From NCBI RefSeq assembly GCF_001194135.2, contig NC_068988.1, forward strand, positions 61,817,986-61,850,559: a DNA stretch of 32,574 nucleotides, written 5' to 3'. A model generated the notes under the pieces. It ran no database searches. It worked only from the letters and a program-made list of their open reading frames with translations, and had not been told where the DNA came from. A program made the translations under genes and the position numbers. This DNA comes from Octopus bimaculoides. Its lineage: Eukaryota. Positions 22,988 to 32,574 of this stretch are shown in pieces (position 1 is the stretch's first letter; each line of letters begins with the position of its first letter).

Positions 22988-23822
22988 NNNNNNNNNNNNN
23001 NNNNNNNNNNNNNNNNNNNNNNNNNNNNNNNNNNNNNNNNNNNNNNNNNNNNNNNNNNNNNNNNNNNNNNNNNNNNNNNNNNNNNNNNNNNNNNNNNNNN
23101 NNNNNNNNNNNNNNNNNNNNNNNNNNNNNNNNNNNNNNNNNNNNNNNNNNNNNNNNNNNNNNNNNNNNNNNNNNNNNNNNNNNNNNNNNNNNNNNNNNNN
23201 NNNNNNNNNNNNNNNNNNNNNNNNNNNNNNNNNNNNNNNNNNNNNNNNNNNNNNNNNNNNNNNNNNNNNNNNNNNNNNNNNNNNNNNNNNNNNNNNNNNN
23301 NNNNNNNNNNNNNNNNNNNNNNNNNNNNNNNNNNNNNNNNNNNNNNNNNNNNNNNNNNNNNNNNNNNNNNNNNNNNNNNNNNNNNNNNNNNNNNNNNNNN
23401 NNNNNNNNNNNNNNNNNNNNNNNNNNNNNNNNNNNNNNNNNNNNNNNNNNNNNNNNNNNNNNNNNNNNNNNNNNNNNNNNNNNNNNNNNNNNNNNNNNNN
23501 NNNNNNNNNNNNNNNNNNNNNNNNNNNNNNNNNNNNNNNNNNNNNNNNNNNNNNNNNNNNNNNNNNNNNNNNNNNNNNNNNNNNNNNNNNNNNNNNNNNN
23601 NNNNNNNNNNNNNNNNNNNNNNNNNNNNNNNNNNNNNNNNNNNNNNNNNNNNNNNNNNNNNNNNNNNNNNNNNNNNNNNNNNNNNNNNNNNNNNNNNNNN
23701 NNNNNNNNNNNNNNNNNNNNNNNNNNNNNNNNNNNNNNNNNNNNNNNNNNNNNNNNNNNNNNNNNNNNNNNNNNNNNNNNNNNNNNNNNNNNNNNNNNNN
23801 NNNNNNNNNNNNNNNNNNNNNN

Positions 23823-23875
<53 letters not shown>

Positions 23876-23900
23876 CACTACTAGTATTGCCGCTGCTGCT
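23823..23900. repeat. (ACT)n with (GCT) tail, adjoining a gap
   Basis: Directly visible. Confidence 0.93.
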
Positions 23901-23972
23901 TCTCTGATTACAAATTTCACATGGACACGCAATCTACGGTGTAATGGCCTGTTTCTTTTTTAATTGACACAG

Positions 23973-24050
23973 CCATAAAACACAGAGGTTCATCACCTCA
24001 TTGGGATTGGAAACTTTCAGTCTTAGTCAACCAGACAACAGCATTGGGTG
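23973..24050 (+). CDS. Candidate internal exon (78 nt) of an unidentified gene
   Basis: Acceptor TGTTTCTTTTTTAATTGACACAG| and donor GTG|GTAAGC. Length is divisible by 3 and two frames are open (xIKHRGSSPHWDWKLSVLVNQTTALG, phase 1-1; or HKTQRFITSLGLETFSLSQPDNSIG, phase 2-2). No homology is recognised. Confidence 0.33.
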
Positions 24051-24154
24051 GTAAGCTTTATATATATCAAACGATAAAGCACCACTTCAGTTGGCTTCTA
24101 TTTTTCTGGTATTCGCGCGTAGTGATTTTCTAATAAATATCCATTGATGTAGGT

Positions 24155-24250
24155 GGAGACTAACAGAATAAGTACAAGGCTTACAAAGAATAAGTCCTGG
24201 GGTCGATTTGCTCGACTAAAGGCGGTGCTCCATTAAAAGAGTAAAAGTGT
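24155..24250 (+). mobile_element. Well-preserved family B SINE 3' tail fragment
   Basis: AGAATAAGTACAAGGCTTACAAAGAATAAGTCCTGGGGTCGATTTGCTCGACTAAAGGCGGTGCTCCA|TTAAAAGAGTAAAAG. It lacks the CAGCATGGCCGCAG...GAAAC segment seen in the other copies. Confidence 0.8.
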
Positions 24251-24254
24251 ATAA

Positions 24255-24256
24255 AT

Positions 24257-24327
<71 letters not shown>
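24255..24327. repeat. (TACA)n-(TA)n microsatellite
   Basis: Directly visible. Confidence 0.93.
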
Positions 24328-24329
<2 letters not shown>

Positions 24330-24466
24330 ATGTAAAGCGATATAAATTTGAAATCCAGGCATGTATCCTATTAGCGCTCTCCTATAATCCAAATCTGGTC
24401 AACCATATCCAATGATAGGGGACATAGAATTGTCTAAGATAATCATACGGTACTTCACTCGACATG

Positions 24467-24516
<50 letters not shown>

Positions 24517-24523
24517 TTATTAT
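24467..24523. repeat. (TAC)n(TAT)n microsatellite
   Basis: Directly visible. Confidence 0.94.
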
Positions 24524-24674
24524 GCCATGGATGTCATACCTTGTGTCGCATACCATTCAGAGAATATTCGATATGACAGTGTAAAAGCATATTATTAATT
24601 TTTCCAACTGTTTTAAATTGAATGTATTCTTTAAATGCATTAACTATGTTTTGGTTTCACTTGTGAATATATTA

Positions 24675-25010
24675 TCGTTCACTTGTGGTAGTCACTTGAC
24701 TTTGGTCATGCTGGAGTATCGCTGTGATGGCTTTACTCGAAAAAATCGACCCCATTCCTTATTCATTTGCCCAGCTGTTACTTTTATGGGAATGTAAACG
24801 AACCAACAGCAGTTCTCGAGTGGTAGACGCACGAAGACGTGCACAATGATATATACGACGGTTTTCCGTCTACCAGATTTACTCACAATACATTGGTTGG
24901 CATGGGAGTTAAAGTAGAAGGCATTTGTACAAGTTCACCCGCGGTGAGATTGAACTGGAAACCGAGTGGTGGCACAGTGATCTTCTTAACAACACAGCCA
25001 TGGTTGCACC
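24675..25010 (-). mobile_element. tRNA-derived SINE, family B, compact copy with almost no internal microsatellite
   Basis: Minus strand: GGTGCAACCATGGCTGTGTTGTTAAGAAG...GTGAGTAAATCTGGTAGACGGAAAACCGTCGTATATATC...GGGGTCGATTTTTTCGAGTAAAG...CTCCAGCATGACCAAAGTCAAGTGAC. Confidence 0.8.
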
Positions 25011-26211
25011 GATAATTCACAGCAATGTTTTGAAATATGCTTTTGTCATTTTTCTATTATATTCAAAGTCATCTACGCAATATAGGTACAATGCCTAACA
25101 GTGCTATTTTCTCTATAATGGCAATGCTATGTTGATGTGTTTCTTATTATTTGATTCTTCTCGTTTTTCTTATATCGATTTGTTTTTACATTATTACAAA
25201 AGCAAATACAAAAGAACACTGTTTTACCTGGAATCTATTCATTTTAGTACATCGAATATTTCAATAATATTTCTGAATGGTAGTTTATTCAATAACTCGG
25301 TAATATTGAATTACACACAATAATTCAAAAATAAATTCACATGCATGTTACTAACGCTTACATATTTAGAAATAAAACATATCCCTAGGCGCTCACTTAC
25401 ACTATCAAATCATGCATGCGCATTCATAAACAGAGAGGAATATATACTATAGAGCATATTTAAACCCCATCTGTGTCACTAACACATGAATGAATATAAG
25501 CGTGATAAAGAATCAGCCATGAGATAAAATACTCTGTTTATAAACATAAATATCTTCAAACATACGATTAATGACATTGCAAACCATATAACTTATCACG
25601 AAATGGCCGCTAGGGAAAAAAATTAAACTAATAAATTGATTTTAGATCTAAAAAATATATAAATATAATCGTTTTGTGATAATAAACGATATTTGAATTA
25701 CACTAAACATTATATCTTTAAAACAGATATTTTTTTCACCACTGTTTAGTGAAATTTCTATAACTTAACTTTGTCTATGTAGNNNNNNNNNNNNNNNNNN
25801 NNNNNNNNNNNNNNNNNNNNNNNNNNNNNNNNNNNNNNNNNNNNNNNNNNNNNNNNNNNNNNNNNNNNNNNNNNNNNNNNNNNNNNNNNNNNNNNNNNNN
25901 NNNNNNNNNNNNNNNNNNNNNNNNNNNNNNNNNNNNNNNNNNNNNNNNNNNNNNNNNNNNNNNNNNNNNNNNNNNNNNNNNNNNNNNNNNNNNNNNNNNN
26001 NNNNNNNNNNNNNNNNNNNNNNNNNNNNNNNNNNNNNNNNNNNNNNNNNNNNNNNNNNNNNNNNNNNNNNNNNNNNNNNNNNNNNNNNNNNNNNNNNNNN
26101 NNNNNNNNNNNNNNNNNNNNNNNNNNNNNNNNNNNNNNNNNNNNNNNNNNNNNNNNNNNNNNNNNNNNNNNNNNNNNNNNNNNNNNNNNNNNNNNNNNNN
26201 NNNNNNNNNNN

Positions 26212-26250
<39 letters not shown>

Positions 26251-26528
26251 CAATGCAATTCAGTGCAGTGGCCCCAGATAAATAAATCTAACATTACACA
26301 ATTCCAAATCATGTGTATGTATAATGTTTATGTGATACCAGTTTTCGTACGAAATTCTTTTCATCGATGATGTTTTTTGACGACAGGTCATTTCTGATTA
26401 AATTTCTAAGCCGTCATTATCGCGTCAGTTATTATTCCACTTTGTTTATACACAACGCTTCTAGCAATACATCGTTCAATAATCCTCACTATATTCATTT
26501 CAAATTTTGACACAGTGCCACTATATTC

Positions 26529-26694
26529 GGAGGAGTGCGTAAGTCGATGCTGGTGCTGAACTGATAATTATATAATCGAACCCGTAAAAAATGGAAGACA
26601 ATTCGACCTCGGTGAAATTCAGAACGTAAAAGCAGATGAAATATCGTTAAACATTCTTCCCGGCGTGCTAGCTGTTCTACCAGCTCGCCGCCTT
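26529..26694 (-). mobile_element. tRNA-derived SINE, family A
   Basis: Minus strand AAGGCGGCGAGCTGGTAGAACAGCTAGCACGCCGGG...GAATTTCACCGAGGTCGAATTGTCTTCCA aligns to 3356-3559. Confidence 0.78.
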
Positions 26695-26859
26695 ATTGAG
26701 CCTTACAGTTCTGAAGAAAATAATGCGTAATTGCAAATATAAACGGGTGCTATTTACTATTTAGTCTCGGTGCCGTTTGTGTGTAGTAAAAGCAAGCAGT
26801 CCTGAAACTAAGAAATACCAGACTGCCTCTCTGCCTCGCACACACATAATTACACACAA

Positions 26860-26861
<2 letters not shown>

Positions 26862-26906
<45 letters not shown>

Positions 26907-26921
26907 CACACACACACACAC
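26862..26921. repeat. (CA)n microsatellite
   Basis: Directly visible. Confidence 0.94.
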
Positions 26922-27544
26922 TCAAGAACACACAGAGTCACCCATAGTAAAACTCTGTGCAATCATTTTTATTAAGGAAACGACAAAACCCATTTAGCGG
27001 CTATACAATTCATCTTCTTCCGCCACTCTCTCGTATAAGTTTGAAATGTTGAAAGTAAAATACATATTTGGTCCCCCTTTTTTTTCCTCTCCCATTTCAT
27101 TTCTCAAAGCTTCACACCAACGAAATATTGTACACATTATGAGATTCACTTATGGAGACTACTTTGTTCCACTGCCTTGTTTCCTGTATAAATCTATCAT
27201 GTTCTCAAGGAACATTCATTTTTCAAGCTATCGTGCAACACCATCCACCTAGGGACCGACGGAGAATGACATAAATCCGTGTGTCTAAATCTTTTCAGAT
27301 TGCTGACAGTATTTAATCATTTCTGCCGACTCTTTATCTGGTTTTATATACCACCGAGTTTAACTTTGCTTTTACTCAATAAGATAATGTACCCGTCAAG
27401 TGCTGGTATCGATTTAAAAGACTAATACTTTTACACTAAAATTGATGGCTTTGAACTAAAATTTGAAACAATTATGCTGATAATCAGAAGACGGTGGGTG
27501 GGCACAATTTTTACAGTGACGGAGAAGGCCGTGGTGGAATTGTT

Positions 27545-27697
27545 TCCGCTCTCTGTTTTGAGTTGAAATCACTCCACGGTTAACTTCGCCTTTCATCCTT
27601 TCGGAAACGATGAAATAAAGTACCAGTCAGGTACTAGGATAGATTAAAACCTTTCCTTGAAATTGCTGACTTGTGCCAAAAATTAGAAACCATTATT
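27545..27697 (+). mobile_element. 5'-truncated family A SINE
   Basis: TTCGCCTTTCATCCTTTCGG...AAAGTACCAG...TTGTGCCAAAAATTAGAAACCATTATT aligns to the 3' two-thirds of 3356-3559. Confidence 0.72.
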
Positions 27698-28738
27698 TCT
27701 AGATTATCGATAGGAAAACGGGCGGAAATTTTGTCCTTGTATTTTGAGCATGCATAGTACCAACTTCAAATATTCTCTACATGTATATCGCTTGAAACTA
27801 AGTTGTAGAGAAGGATTTGTATCCAGTGATGGAATAAAGGAAATATTTCTTATCAATGCTTGGCAGTCGATGTATAAATTTTTCATAAATCCTCATGGTC
27901 AAAGATAGCAATCTATGGCGAATTTAGACATTGAACTCTCGTTAGCAAGAAATAACTTTTTGAGGTCAATACTGCGATAGTTTTTGATGTAGGTAGTAGA
28001 TAGTACAATACAGAATATGCAATTTATTTTATATATAGAAAACGTACTTAGAGATAGAAAATATTTCAGCTCAAGTGATTTGATGGGGATTATAATACTG
28101 ACGGTCGTTTCATTATCACCATGGACTGAGTGATATCTCCTACACTAAAGATATGTTGATAATTAAGTACAAATAGTTATAATGGCGAGTCAAAACTCGG
28201 TTGCAGATCTGAACCATGAGTTGGTTTGTCTTGCTTAAACAAGCAGCTGTGTCATAAATAATATGTTGCCAATGTAGAAGTTGTTGCGTGATTATAAATA
28301 CTAAATAGTATACAATTTATCAAAAATATATGTGAACATTTCTCAGATTGTTCCGTATATCTTCGAAGAATACATGATGTTTATTCAAGACGGAGATCGA
28401 GTATTTTATCTATTGTATCCAGCTGCCCTTTTCATTTCCTTTTCATAATAAATTATGAATAAATTACAATTTATGAATGATAATATGAAAAACATAACAT
28501 ATATGACTCATAAGTTTTTTTTTTAAAGTATATTTAAACTCGTATATTAACATACGGAATTAAACAGAATTTTAGTACATAAAAAGAATACAATACAATA
28601 ACTATTGTGATGTCTCTGTGAATTTATTAAGCCAAAGCAGAAAATTGGTGAATAAAGTTGTATGTAGGATCCAGTATGTTAAAATTAATCTATTTCATTT
28701 CAGAAAGACTGCTGTGTCCTACAAAAAATATATTTAAG

Positions 28739-28909
28739 ACATAAACTTTTTATCTTTTTACACCTTGGCATTCATCAAAGAAGGAGCACCATTGCCCAGA
28801 TTTTTGCAAGCCTTTGCAGATGGTGGAATGAACGGAGGATATTACTCTCATATAGAAGAACTGGGTCGAATATTTCCAAAAGAGAATATTGCGATGAAAT
28901 TACCGAAGG
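28739..28909 (+). CDS. Candidate internal exon (171 nt) of an unidentified gene
   Basis: Strong donor AAGG|GTGAGT and an open, protein-like frame INFLSFYTLAFIKEGAPLPRFLQAFADGGMNGGYYSHIEELGRIFPKENIAMKLPK (phase 1-1). The acceptor TATATTTAAG| is weak. The stronger acceptor TTTCATTTCAG| at 28703 is open only in another frame. No homology is recognised. Confidence 0.3.
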
Positions 28910-29960
28910 GTGAGTTAGAGGTTGTAAGTTAGGGACCAAAATATGTCTGGTATTCATGAACAAGCATCCTTCAAGGAACTGTTTGCGACTAGATATTTTG
29001 ATCTCATTGACCAGTTTTTGGTTAAAGTACATTTACGATAGAATATCTTAGTGGAGTGCAGTCCGAAAGCACGTAGTAACGAAAAAGTATTCTTAAAATC
29101 ATAGTAATCCTGCGCAGTGGAATTAAAAGCACCATTGTTGCGATTTTACATACGTAATCAACCACCAACGCCTGCTCCTATATCAGTGAACTCCACCATA
29201 ATATAAAAAAGAATGAAAGAGATACTAACAGTTTCATGCTATTATGATGCTTGGACAACCATTTTTATAATATATATATGTATATTATACAATATATACA
29301 ATNNNNNNNNNNNNNNNNNNNNNNNNNNNNNNNNNNNNNNNNNNNNNNNNNNNNNNNNNNNNNNNNNNNNNNNNNNNNNNNNNNNNNNNNNNNNNNNNNN
29401 NNNNNNNNNNNNNNNNNNNNNNNNNNNNNNNNNNNNNNNNNNNNNNNNNNNNNNNNNNNNNNNNNNNNNNNNNNNNNNNNNNNNNNNNNNNNNNNNNNNN
29501 NNNNNNNNNNNNNNNNNNNNNNNNNNNNNNNNNNNNNNNNNNNNNNNNNNNNNNNNNNNNNNNNNNNNNNNNNNNNNNNNNNNNNNNNNNNNNNNNNNNN
29601 NNNNNNNNNNNNNNNNNNNNNNNNNNNNNNNNNNNNNNNNNNNNNNNNNNNNNNNNNNNNNNNNNNNNNNNNNNNNNNNNNNNNNNNNNNNNNNNNNNNN
29701 NNNNNNNNNNNNNNNNNNNNNNNNNNNNNNNNNNNNNNNNNNNNNNNNNNNNNNNNNNNNNNNNNNNNNNNNNNNNNNNNNNNNNNNNNNNNNNNNNNNN
29801 NNNNNNNNNNNNNNNNNNNNNNNNNNNNNNNNNNNNNNNNNNNNNNNNNNNNNNNNNNNNNNNNNNNNNNNNNNNNNNNNNNNNNNNNNNNNNNNNNNNN
29901 NNNNNNNNNNNNNNNNNNNNNNNNNNNNNNNNNNNNNNNNNNNNNNNNNNNNNNNNNNNN

Positions 29961-30000
<40 letters not shown>

Positions 30001-30348
30001 GAATGTATATATTTGTGTGTGTGTATGTATACGTGCATGTGCTTGTATAGATGTGTATATACTTAGACCCATGGGTTCCAAAATTTGTCTTATCAAAGAC
30101 ACTTATATGTAAAAGAATTTCCTTAAGACACTAAACAACTGAAGGATATCTACATTTTCTACAAAATATTACTATTTTATTAACAAATAAAACTTGATTC
30201 ATCTATCGAGAGATGTTTGTTGGTAAATAATTAAATATACGCAAGTAATTATTGATTTCAAACAGGATTCCTTTAAATTTCTGAACGCCGGTAATTGCTA
30301 CTTTGTACTATCGCTGTGGTATAAAACTATTTTGAATCAGAGACTTAC

Positions 30349-30428
30349 TTGATCATATCCCTTGATCTGTTAATATTGCAATTATTCGTTCTTCAAAAAA
30401 GAAGACAAAAACAGTGGATGATGTCATC
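30349..30428 (-). other. Candidate non-coding/UTR exon (80 nt)
   Basis: Minus-strand acceptor CTTTACTTTTCTTTTTCAG| and donor CAA|GTAAGT. All three frames contain stops. Confidence 0.28.
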
Positions 30429-30544
30429 CTGAAAAAGAAAAGTAAAGAACTGAGGGGAACAAGGTAACACCTCTTTCAATAAATGAATAATGATTGGCGT
30501 CCCGTGTATCAACATGATTCACGCAAGCGGATTCACACATAATA

Positions 30545-30546
<2 letters not shown>

Positions 30547-30610
<64 letters not shown>

Positions 30611-30620
30611 CACACACACG

Positions 30621-30651
<31 letters not shown>

Positions 30652-30657
30652 ACACAC
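30547..30657. repeat. (CA)n microsatellite with CG interruptions
   Basis: Directly visible. Confidence 0.95.
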
Positions 30658-31031
30658 AAGTACACTCACAGATATATAACTGACTCAAGCTCTTTTGCCC
30701 ATATATACCATAGATCATACTGATATATACCAACAGGGACAAACCTAATTCACCCCAACCATTTTCAACGACCAACGGGGAATTCATCTCAATCAAATTT
30801 CAAGATATTCGTTGCTAGGCAAATGCAATCTTCTATAATGTGCTGGTGCATCTCAGGCAAACTCCTTACTAATAAAATTAGTGTCGCTGTGAGTAAAAGA
30901 ATTTTCGCTGTAAGTGAACACATTTTGGAAAGCACATACGTGTGCCTGAACACATACATATGCACACACACAAATATATGACTCCTTATACTCAGGCATA
31001 ACGACAGGAGCAGAGGGGAAACATGCAAACT

Positions 31032-31035
31032 TATC

Positions 31036-31129
<94 letters not shown>

Positions 31130-31148
31130 TATCTATCTATCTCTATAT

Positions 31149-31211
<63 letters not shown>
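31032..31211. repeat. (TATC)n tetranucleotide microsatellite
   Basis: Directly visible, ~180 bp with a few interruptions. Confidence 0.96.
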
Positions 31212-31658
31212 GGTATCTATTTATTTATCTCTCTCCTTATGTGCGTGTGTACTTATGTGTGTGTGTGCACACACATANNNNNNNNNNNNNNNNNNNNNNN
31301 NNNNNNNNNNNNNNNNNNNNNNNNNNNNNNNNNNNNNNNNNNNNNNNNNNNNNNNNNNNNNNNNNNNNNNNNNNNNNNNNNNNNNNNNNNNNNNNNNNNN
31401 NNNNNNNNNNNNNNNNNNNNNNNNNNNNNNNNNNNNNNNNNNNNNNNNNNNNNNNNNNNNNNNNNNNNNNNNNNNNNNNNNNNNNNNNNNNNNNNNNNNN
31501 NNNNNNNNNNNNNNNNNNNNNNNNNNNNNNNNNNNNNNNNNNNNNNNNNNNNNNNNNNNNNNNNNNNNNNNNNNNNNNNNNNNNNNNNNNNNNNNNNNNN
31601 NNNNNNNNNNNNNNNNNNNNNNNNNNNNNNNNNNNNNNNNNNNNNNNNNNNNNNNNNN

Positions 31659-31689
<31 letters not shown>

Positions 31690-32027
31690 AAATCAAATGA
31701 AGTTCCGCCTCATTTAGCACCTGTATGATGGAGAGTTAAGATGCAGTTGAGTAATTCGAAATCTCTCAGAGTAAGATCAAAATAAATATCAAATACGACT
31801 GAAGAGAAATAAGGACATTTAAAGAAATCCTGTGGAAGTCTTGATGTTGGCGTAACAAATGTTATTTTTGAATTGTGATTCTAGCGGTGAAAGTTTAATG
31901 GAAAATAGCGATAGAGATCTTAATGTTAGTAAATGTGCACCGTCCAGGCCAAACGCTTATTTTTTTTTCCTTTGCTCACAGTCTGTTTATGAACACATAC
32001 AAACATAAATGCATACGTACATACATA

Positions 32028-32036
32028 CACATACAT

Positions 32037-32075
<39 letters not shown>

Positions 32076-32085
32076 CACACACACG

Positions 32086-32117
<32 letters not shown>

Positions 32118-32118
32118 C

Positions 32119-32160
<42 letters not shown>
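32028..32160. repeat. Compound (CA)n-(TA)n-(CA)n-(TA)n-(TG)n microsatellite
   Basis: Directly visible. Confidence 0.93.
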
Positions 32161-32166
<6 letters not shown>

Positions 32167-32431
32167 TATATGAATGTTTGTATGTTAATGGCTGGGTGAT
32201 TATGTCAGAGATGTATACACACACACATACACACATACACACACATATATGGTTTCTTTCATCTTGCATGTGTTAGACTCGCTGTGACGCACATGATGTA
32301 AGAACTCGCGGGGCGATAATCCTTCTAAAGTTGAAGTAAATGAAATTTCTAGTGGTGTATAAATCAGGATGATCAAAAGAATGTTAAAAAATAAACAAGG
32401 AATCAGTGAAATCCTAATTATTTTTACTTAC

Positions 32432-32459
32432 CGAATGCGTTTGTAATTCATTGTGTTCG
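32432..32459 (-). other. Candidate 28-nt micro-exon
   Basis: Minus-strand acceptor GTTTTATTTCAG| and donor TCG|GTAAGT flank CGAACACAATGAATTACAAACGCATTCG. Confidence 0.3.
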
Positions 32460-32574
32460 CTGAAATAAAACAATATTCACTCTCATAAGGATAGCTATGA
32501 TTTCAGTCATAAACCAAGAAGGCTATGAAACAAGACGTAACTCAGTATGCAAAGGAATTTATATATATATATAT

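Noticed and set aside
25383-25616. CCCTAG...CTAGGG as piggyBac-like TIRs
   Set aside because: Only 6 bp match and there is no TTAA duplication.
29035-29170. Minus-strand DYVCKIATM...RYYVLSDCTPLRYS resembling GPCR TM3 (C-x29-C-x-PLRY)
   Set aside because: No D/E-R-Y at the expected position, stops on both sides, and no TM2 or TM4-like flanks; likely chance.

Overview
AT-rich, microsatellite-saturated eukaryotic non-coding DNA. About 4.8 kb (~15%) is assembly gap, in ten N-runs: 3778-3852, 5425-5983, 7268-7622, 14303-14575, 17176-18094, 19781-20142, 22988-23822, 25783-26211, 29303-29960 and 31278-31658, most flanked by (TA)n or (CA)n. The SINE families and microsatellite load resemble a coleoid cephalopod (Octopus-like) genome; this is an inference from recall, not a database result. 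No intact protein-coding gene, RNA gene or CRISPR array can be supported, and almost every ORF in the supplied track is an artefact of microsatellites or N-runs. What is supported is a graveyard of mobile elements: two decayed IS630/Tc1/mariner transposons (one with a DD37D-type spacing), three decayed 3' fragments of restriction-like-endonuclease (RLE) non-LTR retrotransposons from three different families, about ten tRNA-derived SINE copies or remnants from three families, and a ~360-375 bp palindromic MITE-like element with a perfect 27-bp central stem. There is also a GTAAGT-rich minisatellite and a few weak candidate exons. I found no convincing novel biological system. The palindrome, the potential dsRNA-forming repeat pairs and the unassigned candidate exons are the items most worth checking.
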